Shown here in pieces: positions 29,284-44,305 of a stretch of 64,000 bases of DNA. Below the pieces are notes generated by a model. It ran no database searches and was not told the DNA's origin. It worked only from the letters and a program-made list of their open reading frames with translations. The stretch lies in the NCBI RefSeq assembly GCF_009914755.1, contig NC_060927.1; one strand, given 5' to 3'. The first letter of the stretch is position 1. Each line of letters begins with the position of its first letter. Source of the stretch: the human T2T-CHM13v2.0 reference genome, Homo sapiens. The position numbers and the translations under genes were made by a program.

Positions 29284-30794
29284 TGACGTATGGTCAGATA
29301 GGTCAGGGAAGGCTTCCCTGAGGAGGTGACAACTGAGCTGAGAGCTGAAGGATGAGCAGCAGGTAAATGGGTGAAGAGTGAAGAGGAGAGGGAGGCATAT
29401 TACAGGCAGAAGGAACTGCATATGCAAAGACCCCGTGGTACCTGGAAGCAGAGTTAAGATGTGGTTGCAGCAGGAAAAAAAGGGGGCGGGGGTGGTGGCC
29501 GCATAGAAGGAGAAGAGGCAGAACTCACACTATAAAGGCCATCCTGAAATTACAGAACTTTCCCTTTATCATAAGGGTAATGGGAGGCCAGTGAAGGGAC
29601 CTCGGCCTGGTAAACAGGTGAGTGGGACATGATCACATTTGCATTTTGAAAAAAAATCACTCAAGCTGATGAGCAAAGGGGAGACTGGGGCGGAACCAGT
29701 CAGTCTCTGATAAAAACAAATGTCCAATCCTATTCGCTGAATTCCTGGTATATGCAAAAAACTAGAGGAGGTCCTTACAAAATGCTCAAAGCAATTCTGC
29801 AAATACACTTCAGACCACAGGTGGAGCTGCGGCTGGAGAGAGGAGTGTGCTGAAGTCAAATGGTACAGACTCGCGACATCCTCCAGGCTGAGCCCAGTCG
29901 TCCACACGATGCAAATAAACATTTTGAGTCCCCACCTCACCCACCATGAAATTTACAGATGGTTTATTCCGGCATCTGTTTCGCATTGGCTATATTCCAT
30001 GGTTATTGATTTTAGACTTCCAATTATCTCTGTATTTGAGCTTGTGGACTAAGACGTGTAAGACCCGGCACCAAAACCAAAACCATAAACCATTCCAAGT
30101 TGTCCTCCTAAAAATGAGCACTGGGCTTCTGGACTATCTTCCCCAGCAGATGCTAAGGATGGCAGAGATGAAATAATAGACCATCCACACAAGATTTTAA
30201 TATCAGAACTTATCTTTCTAAAAACCACATGGAGCTTCTTGTGATTTTTTTTTTCACATCTGAGACAATCTCAAAGTATTACATTTCCAGCTTTTAGGAG
30301 ACAAAAATTGACTATATTTTATGTGGAGCTAAATTCCTTTCAACCAAAAGGTTGGGAAACAGTTAATGCATCATTTTTATTTTTCTATGCAGATCTACAA
30401 ATGAGGACAGGCATCTTAGCTGGCCCTGGACTAGTACAAGTTTGGACAGAGCTGAGGCTGTTGGGTTTAATTTGGCCAAATAAAGGAACTCTCAACCCAA
30501 CGAGCATTTGGTCCGCATAGCCGATTCACTTCATATTACAGATCGAGGACACCAGCAGTACTGTTTAGAAAAACTGGCAATGCTGTTTAGACAAACACCC
30601 CCGAGAAGACAGACTGTGGATAGGAAATGTGGTCTGTTGCACTGTTATCCTAGTTTTTTTTTTTTCCTTCTTCCTTCCCTCATGAGTGCTTTTCATGTAA
30701 TTTTTACTCACGAAGTTGCCAGTGTTAATTTCTACAGGCCAAATTTGGCTCACTTATTCCTTGCCAATTCCACAGTGAAATTCTGTGTGCTTGT

Positions 30795-30796
<2 letters not shown>

Positions 30797-30830
<34 letters not shown>
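30797..30830. repeat. (GT)n microsatellite
   Basis: Read directly. Confidence 0.95.
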
Positions 30831-30832
<2 letters not shown>

Positions 30833-31520
30833 CCACTGAATTGCACCTAAAGCCAAAGGGATTTCTATGACCATACACTTGAGAAGAATGTAGACAGAAT
30901 CACACTTCGGTGTCTCTAATGACAAAATCTGTCTCTATTAGCAAAAACAATCAAACCCTCCAAGCTGGCACAAGGCTCAACTCAACAAGATGCATGGATC
31001 CCCACAGAACCTTTACAAGGCTGTGACAGGGCGACCACAGAAAGGCCATTTGCATATTCTCCTGCACAGGAAAAATGGCAAAGCAGCATTTTTAAAAAAT
31101 TTTCCCTCATGGGCTCCATAATTTAAATCTACCATTCATTTTAGGGAGCTAGGTTCAAATGGCAAGGGTAGAAAACAAAAATTTGTTTCCTATAATAATT
31201 CAATGCTGGTTCTTTTTTCTATAATTATTCTGAAGTGTTAAAAGCGGTGTATTTTCCCCTTCACTCAAAAGAGCTAATAGGGGAAGAAATTAGTAACTGT
31301 CAGAACCAACATATTTTATCATGGCCACCTCAGATCTAAACACTACTTAACTGTCAATTATCAAAATTCAAAGGTAGGATATAAATCTAAACCAAAAGAT
31401 TAATTTGAGGCAACAATATTTTGTCCAGTTAGCCATTTGAGACCAATACCACTGTCACTATCGCAAGAATTAAGAAATCACAATATCACTGTCACTATCA
31501 CAAAAATTACGAAAGCATCT

Positions 31521-31634
31521 GCCAGGCATGGTGGCTTATACTTATAATACCAGATACTCAGGAGGGTGAGGCCAGGAGTTCCAGACCAACCTCTGCAATA
31601 TATGAAAGACCGGTCTCAAAAAAAAAAAAAAAAA
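31521..31634 (+). mobile_element. Diverged Alu monomer (FLAM-like) with A tail
   Basis: GCCAGGCATGGTGGCTTA...GAGGCCAGGAGTTCCAGACCA followed by poly-A. Confidence 0.75.
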
Positions 31635-31915
31635 GCCGGGTGCAGTGGCTCACACCTATTAATCCCAGCTCTTTAGGAGGCCAAGGTGGGTGAATCACCT
31701 GAGGTCAGGAGTTCAAGACCAGCCTGACCAACATGGTGAAACCCCATCTCTACTAAAAATACAAGAAATTTGCCAGGTATGGTGGTAGGCACCTGTAATC
31801 CCAGCTAGCAGGAGGCTGAGGCAGAAGAATCACTTTAAACTGGGAGGAAGAGGTTGCAGTGAGCTGTGATTGCACTACTGCACTCCAGCCTGGGTGACAG
31901 AGGGAGACTCCATCT

Positions 31916-31946
<31 letters not shown>
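31635..31946 (+). mobile_element. AluS inserted at the tail of the preceding monomer
   Basis: Full dimer with a long poly-A tail. Confidence 0.95.
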
Positions 31947-31949
<3 letters not shown>

Positions 31950-32488
31950 AGGGGAGGGGAGGGAAGGAAAAAGAAAACACAGCATCTATTCAATCAGTTA
32001 TATATTTTTGAAAGGTTATATATCTTAAGAATTTAAGAATTAGAAGTTAGTGACACATAAGGGGAATGAAAGAAAAACAATATTCCCAATAACAGCCTCT
32101 AATCTTTGTAGAAGAACTACAAAGAAAAAAAAAAAGTAGATGTTTACAGAAGCTGTAGGCCATGGGTAAAACTGTGCTGGTCTGACTCAAGGCCATACCT
32201 AACACCTGCTCTCAACAGGTAAGAAAGAAACTGGATCTCCATGAACATTCTTAGACTCAACCATCAGTGCACCAAGGGCAATGACATTTAGAGACTCGTC
32301 TCTCCATTCACCACATCATTTGCAAACTGATTTGGAGGTTTCTAGTCTAACTCAGCATTTCCCAAAGTGTGCTGCAAGTACCCCGGGTGGTAAGTGGGAT
32401 GGTTTTAGGTGGCAAATGGATGAGCATATACACATACATGTACATACACATACATATATGCACACACACACATTTTAGGAGCTAGGTA

Positions 32489-32779
32489 TTTTTTTTTATT
32501 ATTATTATTATTTTGAGACAGAGTCTTGCTCTTGTCGCCCAGGCTAGAGTGCAGAGGCGTGATCTCGGCTCGCTGCAACCTCCGCCTCCCAGGTTCAAGT
32601 GATTCTCGTGCCTCAGCCTCCTGAGTAGCTGGGATTACAGGCGCCCGCCACCACACCCCCAGCTAATTTTTGTAATTTTAGTAGAGACGGGGTTTCACCA
32701 TGTTGGCCAGGCTGGTCTCGAACTCCTGAGATCTGCCCACCTTGGCCTCCCAAAGTGTTGGGAGCCACTGCGCCCGACC
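32489..32779 (-). mobile_element. AluS with small internal deletions
   Basis: Reverse Alu with (TTA)n tail; TSD AGGTATTT at 32484 and 32780. Confidence 0.93.
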
Positions 32780-33387
32780 AGGTATTTATTTTTATAGTGT
32801 TCTTTCTTTTCTGGCCCACCATCATATTAGTTTTCCATTTACAGCCAAATTCTGAAGTTTCCTCTTATGAAAAATGTTAAAATAACTAATGATGAAAACT
32901 TAAAAAGCAATTTACAGGAAAAATATTAGGTATATTATACTACAAATGTATAAAGAGGAGGCAAAAATGAGGGTGTGGAGTTTGACAAGCAATGGTCTAG
33001 CCACACAAAGAGTGACATGGAAGGTGATGAGACTAATATTAGGGCAAGTAGCAGGAAGGTGGCATGATTTCTAATTCCATCAGGATGCTACAGGGGCCAC
33101 TTCACCTCTCTGAGCATCAGTGTCCTCAGCTGTGTAGAAGATGAAGTCTGTGCATCCCAAATGTTCCTATCATGGGACTCCTTAAAATGGTGAAAAAAAT
33201 TCTATGCATACACATAAACACATACAGATACACGCACCTATAAACATATACACAAACATAGTCACACATTCTACATATATGTATGTAAAACAACCAGACC
33301 CTGCCCAAGTGGATCAGCAAAGCAAGCAAAAGGATTATGAATAAAGTCGCTTTTCCTGCCTGACCTTAAGCATCTGAGTTTCTATCC

Positions 33388-33597
33388 TTTTTTTTCTTTT
33401 TTTTTTTGAGACAGGGTCTCACTCTGTCACCCAGGCCGCAATGCAATGAAGCAATCAAGGCTCACTGTAGCCTTGAACTCCTGGGCTCAAGCAATTCTCT
33501 CACCTAAGCCTCCTTAGTACCTAGGACTACATGTACCTGCCACCATGCCCGGCTAATTTTTTGGTAGAGACAGAGTCTTGCTATGTTGCCCAGGCTA
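33388..33597 (-). mobile_element. 5'-truncated AluJ
   Basis: GAGACAGGGTCTCACTCTGTCACCCAGGC...GGGCTCAAGC...GTTGCCCAGGCT. Confidence 0.85.
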
Positions 33598-35009
33598 CCA
33601 TGTGAGTTCTACCTCCTGTCTTAACCCATGTCTGGTGAGCCCTATGCCCAGTGAATGAAATCACGGACTACAAGTTTTTTTACATTCCTCTCAAGCTCTA
33701 TAATGTCAGAACGCCACAAAGCCTCACCCTAGGATAGCGTTGAGATGAGACTAGAAATGCCCATGTCCCCAAGGATGCTACTGGACTGCAAGGGACAGAC
33801 ACAGCAAAGCAAAATCTGTCACCATCATTCCCAGAGTTAGGTGTTTCCTGAAGCAGAGACCTGAGCGACAAATTCTTTGGGAAAAACCAAGTAAGAATGC
33901 GCAAAGCAAGAAAGAAACTACAGGGGAAAGTGAATAAATATCATTTTCCTTGATTCTGACATCAGGATAAAAAAAATTAAACACATTAAAGGTGAATTTA
34001 GCTAGGCGATGTCATCCTCTACCCTCAGGTAAATGTATGCCCTGTTCGTAATTTCAGAAAAAAAGAATAAAGTTGCACATGGTTTCAATATTTTTTCTGT
34101 GCTAGAACAATCTAGTTATCTTTTTATTCAATAAGAACACCAAAATCGCTTGTGTTTCCTAAATAATCTTGAATTTATATAATTTGACATTTTTTTCAAA
34201 GAAGCATAAATTGTGTGAGGGCCATCTCCCCAGCGTAGGACAATAAATGGCAGGGCATCCTATTTTAGGATAACCACAATATGCAAACATCAGAACCCAG
34301 CCGACTCAGGACAGAGACACCTGCGTAGTGAATGGTTCACACTAGAAACAGAGGGGCCGCTGGTCTCAGGACCTCCTGACCAAAGAAAGGCTGGCTTGAC
34401 TCTTCTTTCATCCAAGTGGGATGATGTCACCAAGCCACTGCCCAAACCTTCTCTCAGAATGGCTGACTTACTCTTAAAACCATCACCACCTACCATAATT
34501 CTCTTAAACAAAAACAGACCAGTGTTGGCCCTCCTATGATTAGCCTCCCAGCTGCCTCTGAACTGCTGATGGAGCACCTCCATGTGAAAAGCTCAGAAGG
34601 CAAGTCATAATTTGATCCCCTCTTGACGTGGCCTTGGTTTCCTATTTTATCATTTTAGGAGATGCTTCCTTTTGAAATTTTCAAACAACCCAGCCCAACT
34701 TTTTAAGACAGTCTGCAGTCACCCCGCAATTGGGATGCTGAACATCTTTTACTTTCAAGCACTGCGACATCTTAATGGTGTGATGTGGAACAGGAAACAT
34801 TAACTCACCCGCTAGTTTCAGTCACACTTCACAGCTTTCTAACACAAGTCAAGGACAACACGTAAGGAAGTTAGAAGTCAAGGGGAGTGATAATGCAGGC
34901 ACTTCAGAAGAGAGAAGCATGCAACAGCATCAGCATAAACACGAACTTCTCAACCAACAACCCTCCCCCTTTTCACTCCTATTAGAAAAACTACATACAA
35001 TCCAAAATG

Positions 35010-35170
35010 TTCTAGTGCTCCTTAAACCTAAATGCACGTGAATCACCTGGCCATCTTGGCAAAAGACTGATTCAGTCGGTCTGGGGTGGGGCCTGAGACC
35101 CTGCATTTCTAATAAGAACTCAGGTGATGCCGCGGCTGCTCGTTTGAGGACCACACTTTGAGCAGTGAGG
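35010..35170. mobile_element. MER5A hAT-Charlie element
   Basis: GAATCACCTGG...CTGATTCAGTCGGTCTGGGGTGGGGCCTGAGA...TGCATTTCTAA...GGACCACACTTTGAG. Confidence 0.85.
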
Positions 35171-35839
35171 GCATGGGGTCCCTCCCCCACGTCCTCACCT
35201 CTCTTCTCACCCTTCCAGTGAGGTCAGGAGAGCCCACAACTGAAAACAGGTTTCCACCTGAACAAGGCTGAAAACTTGTTTCAAATGAATCTGAAGTGTG
35301 GGGAAATAATCGAAAAGAAAGCCAAAAAGAATAATCGCCCAAGCTGCAACAAGTCCTTCCAATTAAACAGAGAAGGAACTCACTGGTAGTGCTGTACAGC
35401 TCCCACACTTCAGAGAAGGATCTAGGGGACAAACTTAACCAATGGAAGAAAAAAAGGGGTGAATGCCCTCTCTCTTGGCTGTGTAAGCCTTGAAATTCTT
35501 TCATCTCAGTAAGAGTTACCTACCATTTCTGGGTACACACACACACAAGCGCGCACACACACACACACTCACACACCCCTTCTTTCATATGGAGAAAACA
35601 CAAACCAAAACTCCAATACAAACCCCCATGTGTAAGCTAAGACAAGTCAAGATTTCCTTGGAGAAAACTAAAACTCATTCAGGAGCCAGGAAAGAGCTGC
35701 CTGAAGCCCAACACCCAGCCCAATATCTGAGGCCTCCAACTCTCCAGCTGCTACAGGCAACCCAGTAAGATGCCAATGTCTCTGGTTCAACAGGTTTAGA
35801 ACACCTCCAAGTCCCCAGAGACAATTTCACATCTTCAAA

Positions 35840-36040
35840 GCTCTCACTGAGGGTGAATTTATGAATCCACACAGCACCTACAAGTTCTTCCTTCCCTAGG
35901 TGCTATTAAGCCCATTTCACAGATGAGGAAGCAGAGAGAGACATAAGAATTGTGGCAACTTGCCAAGCGCATCGCAGAGCAAGACCAAGCGTGCATCCAA
36001 AGTGAGAAGGCTCCAGGCTCCCACTCCCAAGACCAACCCA
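35840..36040 (-). mobile_element. MIR
   Basis: CCCATTTCACAGATGAGGAAGCAGAG...CAACTTGCCAAG. Confidence 0.6.
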
Positions 36041-36616
36041 GCCACTCAGAACATCCTAGTCACAGGCCCTGAAGCGGTGTTCCTTTGGCAAAGACAGAGG
36101 TTCACCTTGGACTTCTGCCAAGGAAAAACACATTAGTCCTAAAGGCGTGTCCTCTGTCTCCCCTCGCAAACTGCTCAACTTTATAGGATATCCGGGATTA
36201 GACCAGCTTCTCCTCACACAAAGAGCATCCCCCTGCTGGCTGGCATGCTCAGACATGGTTCTACCAGGGGTACAAAGCAGACCTGACAAAGAATCATAGG
36301 CCATAGAACCAGAATTAGAGAGGTAGCTGGCCATGGGGCCAACACAGGGGCCTCCCAGGCTGGCCTGTGTGGATTTCTCAGTCACGTTATCTGCATCCCA
36401 GGCACACTGTATCTCCCACCTCACTGAGCCCTTCAGCAACCCTGGCAGGGAAGTGCTATTATGCTCCCCCGCCGCCCCGCCCATTCTATGTGTGATCTAG
36501 CTGAGCCTGAGACATCTTCAGTTGTATTTAATCAGCTTGTCTTAGGTCACATGATTTCATGAATGGCCCTAAATATACCCGCAAGTCCATAAAGATGCAC
36601 CAGCAGAAATATATTT

Positions 36617-36775
36617 CTATTTTTATTTCTTACTTATTTTATGTACATATTTATTTTTTAGAGACAAGGTCTCCTTATGCTGCCCAGGTTTATCTGGAAT
36701 TCTTGGCTTCAAGTGGTCTTCCCGCCTCAGCCTCCCAAGTCGCTGGATTATAGGCCCAAGCTGTCAGGCCTGGCT
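36617..36775 (-). mobile_element. Alu monomer (FLAM-like)
   Basis: GAGACAAGGTCTC...GCCCAGG...GCCTCAGCCTCCCAAGT; TSD-like AGAAA..ATTTCTA on both sides. Confidence 0.8.
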
Positions 36776-37628
36776 TAGAAACATTTCTAATGCTAACATT
36801 TCTGCCAGAATGCCAACCTTTTTCAATAAGTAACAAAGAACTGCGCTGAAGGATGGTCCTTTAACCATAGTCTCACCAGCAGCAAGAAGGAAGGGACAAT
36901 GATTTTGGCGACCAGGCAAACAGAGGCATCACCTCCTCTGCAGTCAAACAGGGAAGATCATAAATCCCAATTTGGGCTTTCAAGTCATAATTAGGATAAT
37001 GTCCATCTTTTGCAAGCTCTGGCGATGTTGCAAGCACTGGGTAGGGCGCCTTCCCTATCTCATTTGTAATCCCCACCATAACCTTGCAATGTTACCAATG
37101 AGGAAACAAGTGCTTTGCCCAGTGCCCACAGCCAGGTAAAGAGGATTCCATGTCTGGTTCTCCTGACTCTAAATTTGTGATATTTCCACCACACCACACC
37201 ATGGAAATTAGGTGGTTCTGTAAGAACACTGGGGACCACCATGCCTAAGAATCATAAAATGCAGCTAACTTCCAGAGGTGTATTAATCAAACCCAAAACT
37301 GTCAGAAGGTTTTTAAAAACCCACAAAAATCCGCACTCCAATTTTGCCACTAATTTCCAAGCCATCATAGGAAAACCACCAAAACAAGGTTGGTGTCACT
37401 GCCGAGCTGAAGAAGTGGTCCTCAGAATTCATCCAGCAACTGCTGCCTATGCTGGGCTGGCTTCTGTCAGCAAAAGTGGAGGACACAGCCCTGGCCTTCA
37501 AGAATCCAATGTTCCCATTGGAGAAGCCAAACACTTTCATGAAACAACGTCCAGCCTGGGGTGGGAGGAAGTCACAAGCCAACTGTAAGAGGTAAGGAGT
37601 GATCAAGAACAGGGAAAGCTTTTTCTAG

Positions 37629-38121
<493 letters not shown>

Positions 38122-39464
38122 TAATACAGACTCTGGTTTCCAAATCCATTCCAAGGGGCCACTGCAGTGTGGAGGGTGGGGAGGGGAGACCAACTTCTCA
38201 GAGCTGGAACTCCCTCAACTTCCTGGTGTATAACCGTCTCCTCAGCTCCTGGCAGAGTCCCTGGCAAAATAAATGCTTAATAAGTATCTGCTGAATGAAA
38301 AAAACAAGGAGAAGCTTTGAACTCATGCCCTTACTCAACCATAATAACTCAACTTTTGTTTATTTTAAAGGTGGGGGGGCTCTGAGTAAGATTTCATTTG
38401 GTCAAGGCAATCAAACCACTTAAAAAAAAAAAAGAACTGAAAAAGACATGAGATTTATGAGTATCTATGAATACCTCAACATTTGCCCTCATTTCTTTCT
38501 CTACCATGACATTCATCCAACATGAAGGGCCATTAAATTGAGCTTATTCAAACTCTTGCAAATTTCCAGGATCCCAACCATGTACACTCACCCACGTATA
38601 GCTGAACCACATCAATCAATAGTGTGGCCTGTTTAAGACCACAGTCTGCAGGCCAGCTGGGTTTGACTAACATGCTGGCTCATCCAGGTCTCTGCCCAGG
38701 ACTGAAAATACCCTAGCATCAGCTCAATGCATGAGCCTCTCATCATGCCAGCTCTGATCCTATGAGATGTTGAAAGAGGATATTAACTTGATGGTGATAC
38801 CTCTTGACCTAAGAGCTAGAAAACAGGGCACTCTGGAAATGCAGGTAGGTCTGAGGATTGAAAAGATCCTATGAACATTGAAAGAATCAGGCAAAGGAGT
38901 CAGGGGAGGGAATTAACACTATAAGCTCAACTCCTGGCTAATGGTAAGCTATTTTCCTAAATATGCAGCCCCAGTAAATCACCAAACAATCTGTAAACTC
39001 TTGTTAGATGGGAGTCTCTCCTTGCGAAGATGTCAGGAAGGACCATGGAAACGTATGGTATATAGTCACTGCCCTCAAAGAATTCAGGGGAGACTATTCA
39101 AAAGATTTAGTATTAGGCAAAGAGGAGAAGTCTTCTACAAGACGACCCAAGTGGAATGAATGCACAGGATAAGTAGAGATGAACCCAGCTGAGCCAACTA
39201 AATGTGGTTTCTGATAAAGGGAGGGTTACTGTGGCTATATGAAGGAAAAATGGAAACTTAACAGGGAAAGTGCTAGAGTTTTTCCATCCCTTCCACACAC
39301 GCTCATCCCACCTCAAGGTCTCCTCTGCCTAAAAGGCTCTTTCTCAATTCTATGCATGGTGTTCTTCCTCTCATCCTCCAACACTTCACTTAAAAATTAC
39401 CTTCTTGGGAAGTCCTTCTAAAATAGTTCCCCTTCTTGCACTGTCTCTTAAAACATCAGATGCA

Positions 39465-39824
<360 letters not shown>

Positions 39825-42800
39825 TTATTATTTGACTCTTCCCTTAACAGATCATAAAGGCAGGAATCGCAGCTGTTTGGGTCACCACCATATATCTAAT
39901 ATGTAGCCCAGGGTCTGGCACAAATATAGTACTCAATCCATGGCTGCAGAATACATGAATGAATAAATGGATACAAAACGGAGAAGGGAGACAAAGCATT
40001 TCACACAGAGCAAAAGGAGCAGGGACACACGCGCAGGAGAGTGTCAGTGATATTAGAGGTATCCTACGGAGAGGGTCTGGCTGCAGCGAAGGGCATGTAA
40101 AGCGTAAAGCTAGCGAGAACTGGAAACCATGCCGCAGATGGAGTTTGCAAGGAGATCACAGAAGGCCCCGGATGCCGGGCTAGGGAGCCTGGGCTCTCTT
40201 GTGAAAAAAAGGAGCTACTGAAGGTTCTGAACAAACACACGTGATATGATTTGGGTTCTTCCAGGAGGGACATATAAAGGCAGAGTTGTCAGCCTCAGGC
40301 TATCACAATTGTATGGACAAAACATACCAAGGACCAGAATGAGAGGAGATGCTCAGGAAGGAGAATGATACAAGCGATGGACGGAAGTCACAGGATTCAG
40401 GAACTAAGGGAACATGAGGGGTGAGGGGTCAAAAACAATAAAGAGGATGCCTGGCTTTCAGGCATGAATGACTGGACAGATGAGGATGAAATCAGCAAAT
40501 GCAGGCAACCCAGGAAGATGAGCAGGCACCAAAGAAAAGATGACAAATCCCATCTCAGAAATGCCTATGTGGAGATCTGAATGAAGGTCAGGGGGGATTC
40601 TTTGTGAAAATATCTTCCAGGAACCTGAAAATGAATTCCAAGAAAAAGATCAGCTCAAAACAGGGCTATCTCAGAGTCCTCTATACTGAGGTAAAGAGTG
40701 GAACTGGGAGAGAGGAGGGTAAATTAAGTCAGAAACAAGTCCCATCTTCAGGCACTGCTATCATAGCTTTTAATCAAGTTGATAAATACTGTGTGATAAG
40801 GGAAGAGCCCTTTTCCTCCCGTAGGAGGGTGAGACTGTCCCATCTACATTCAAAGCCCTCATACCCTCAGAACAAGGCATTCAGGAAGAAAAGACTGAAC
40901 ATCATTCTGCCCAACAGGACCATGAAGATCAGGAAGATATTATGAAGCAATTCTGGAAACTGTGTCTCCTGCCCGCCTAACCTCCAAGTGGGACACTCTG
41001 TCAAGTCCTCTGCAATCCCTTTTTGGTTTTAAAAACGCCCTTGTTCCAAATGTTTCCTGCTGTAACCAAATTAATGGGAACAGTACAGATATGCATGCCA
41101 GTGCAAAATATGGCAGCAGTAGAAGTTGACAGAGCTAATTTCCAATTGTTTTGGCAAAACAGCTTGGTCCACCCCTTCGGGTTTGGAAAGCAATCAGCTT
41201 ATTAGCAGAGAATGGGCTACTGTATCTTAACAAGTCTTGCTCAGAGGCCTGCCTTCTGGTTTTTAATGTCATGAGAAGTCCCTATTGAGAGTCCATTGTT
41301 CTAAAGAGGCCCCCCTATGAAATGTCTTTCATGCCCAAGGTTTGAAAAGAGCCCTTCAAGAAGCAGAGTCATAAAACAATAATAGTTAGGCAGGTCATGA
41401 GATTCAAAGGAAATTAAACATTTGTGATCCCTACAATGAGATGTGGCCTGGACACACATACACACAAAAGAAACTTGAAGGGGAACATTGGAAAGAAGGG
41501 GTTAAGCACACACTTCACCTTGGGCTGCAACTGCTCAGTGAGCTCTCCCCACAACCTGGCTCGGCCAGGAGGCACTGCTGAAGCCGGGGCTTTCCTGGCC
41601 CTGAGGTCCCGTTCAGCTCGTCCATTCTACTGTGCAATTACAGAATCAATAAAACATCCCTTTGAAACTCCCTGGACTAGTGCCGACATGCAGACAGTAG
41701 TCGGCTGACATTTTTTGCTATTTCCGTTATTACAGCCGGCAAGCACGAGGGGAAGGCATCAGAACCAAGGCACAGGCTGGGGACGAGAAGGTGGATGGGA
41801 GTTCCGGCTTCATGCAGGCTGCCCTCATGCTCTGCGTGGCCCATGGAGTTATCACCCACAACCTCGCCCATGGGTGGGGGCAACCAGACCAAGGTGACAT
41901 CATTCCCAAGGGGACACTGAAGGAAAACTATGGGAGGGTCTGGGTTCTGTCTGTCTTCACCCTTTTTGGTGAAGTGTGGGGAGGAAGAACAGCAGGAAAA
42001 GAAATTATTCTTTAAGGAAAAAAACTTCTTGGACAGGCTCACCTGAGAAACACTTTTTTTTTCTTGGTTTGCTCTGAGCATTTCAGGAATCAAAGGCCTG
42101 TGCCAAGAAGCAGGCAGCGAGGCGGAACTCAGCACTTGTGTGTGCTGCTCGTGAGAACTTGGGGGTGGGGGGGCGGGAGGGGGGGTACTGAAACGTCCCT
42201 GTCCATCTGTTGATGTCTGGGTGGCAGAAAATATTGAAATAGAAATAGAAAGTTAGAAAAAGCTTAGGAGCAAAACCTGAAAGAGTATTGTATTTGAAAA
42301 GGAAATGTTAGACTGATTGTATAAAAATGGAAAAACAGAATTAACATGTTCCATAATGATTCGTCTGTGTTAACTAAATATTGAGCTAAAATTTGGTGAA
42401 ACCCTCAAAATAAGACTTTCCGAGGAACTCGTCTTCAAGAATCACCGTCATTGAAAGACAGCTAAATCACCCCACGGTGCCTGATCTCACTCACCTGGTT
42501 GGTGGCTTTTTTCATTCACTTTATTAAATACAATCAAAAATGATGTGTGGTTTATTCCTCACTCTAAAACCTCAAGACAAGCCCATTACCAGCATTCCTC
42601 AAACATATTTGCATATCCAGTGAAAAACAAAATTCAAAATCTTTCCAAGCTACTTCTGCTCTACTGGGAAGCTAGAAAAACTGGCAACTTTCGGAAATGA
42701 AGATTCCTTTTTCCTCCATCCAAGCTCACACAGGAAGTGATACGAGAGGTTTTCTCAAATTGCCTTGCTACAATGACCACAACCTCGACAGAGAAAGACC

Positions 42801-44084
42801 ACCCTGGGAATGAGACAATTCAGGTTTTTTACAGGCTCCCTCCTGACCATACCCCAAAATAGCCAGCCCATACCACGGAAAGCCTGACTCGAGGACTTTG
42901 CAGCGTGAGCGATTTCGGCATTGCTAACTCAATCCGACGGTCCTTACTTATAAAATAAAGACCACAGCCATGCACACACAGTAAAATGAGCAGGCGCAAA
43001 TCTGGTGCAGTATTGCAAGCCGAATGAATAATAGTACAAAATATCAGAAAAAGAAAGGTTATGAAATTTTATAACAGATGACAAATTGGTAGCTTTTCCC
43101 CACTTTTCTGGAATGGATTCAGTAACAGATTTGAATCTTGGGTTTTGATGCTTGTCTGTGATATGCAGGGATCCCAAGTTCAAGAGGAAAGAAAGAAAAA
43201 AAAAAAACAGGAGTCATCCGCATGTTACTTCACTTACAGTAGGGTCCATTCTTTACCATTTATTCTAGAAATTATTTGGTTCCTTATTTAACCTGCTTTG
43301 ATTTAAAACAACATTGAATTTTAAATTTTCAATCTCAGGGTCTTCTATACTTCAAGCTCCCAGACTTATCCCTAAAAGAGGAAACTACCTGCCCAGATTC
43401 TAGGAAAATAAAGAGAGAAAGCATCTCATTCTGCCACGTTGGAAAAGAGGCTTAAACTCTGCCTTATGGTGTCTGTCACCCAAACTCATGGGCTGTTGGG
43501 GGAGGGGAGGCGGCGGGGGGCAGGCCCATGTTTCTATGGCAAGAATGGCCACAGGGGAAGGCCTTACAGGTCACTGACTTTAGAGCAACGCAGTAGCCAC
43601 AACCACCGGGAAATATGGCACCTGTACCAATGGGCCCCTCCAATTTATATGAAACACTTTCCTAGACATTCTACCCCACCACTTTGATTTTACTGCAACA
43701 AAGCATTTAGAAGGTGCATGGTGGACAGAACCAGGCAGGGAGGTGAGTGGTGGAAGATGAGCCGGTGGACATGTCCCTTGCGTGCATGCAGCAAGCTCAG
43801 GCAATCTAGGGAGGCAGGTCGATCTGCAAATGAGCCATGCAAAGACAGCACAGACAAAAGGAATCCACTCTTGAGGAGTATCACAAATCTCCAATGGGAG
43901 CAGAGTTCAGTGGCCGTTCTCTGGTTGGTGGGCAGGAAATCAGGGAAGGCTTCATGGATGAGGAAGCCTTATTCTCCATAGACAGAGTGCGAGAATAAGT
44001 GGCAATGTGTGAGAAGATGCTTGCCCAGGAAGTACCTGTGTGGTTTTCTCAGCGACTTAACTTTTCACTCCAGTGAATACTCCT

Positions 44085-44305
44085 AATAAGAGCTGGCCTG
44101 GATGACTCAGTGCTCATACCATGCTAGGCACTTAGCTAAGCTACGAGCTTCAGGCACTCAATTCTTACCATGACTTTTGCCCAATTTACAGATAGAAAAC
44201 CTGAGGGTCCAAGAGATCTGGTAATTTTCCAGGGTCGCGAACCAAGTAAGTGGCGAAGCAGAGATTCAAACCCTGGTCCATCTGGTCCCACACAGCCCCA
44301 TTGCC
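44085..44305 (-). mobile_element. MIR
   Basis: CCCAATTTACAGATAGAAAACCTGAGG...CCAGGGTCGC...AGTAAGTGGCGAAGCAGAGATTCAAACCC. Confidence 0.7.

Noticed and set aside
36224-36243. CTCF-like motif CCAGCAGGGGGATG on minus
   Set aside because: Mismatch at a conserved core C; a single motif is insufficient without ChIP data.
41677-42135. 152-aa minus-strand ORF
   Set aside because: Non-ATG start, no recognisable family, and a length attainable by chance in GC-richer DNA.
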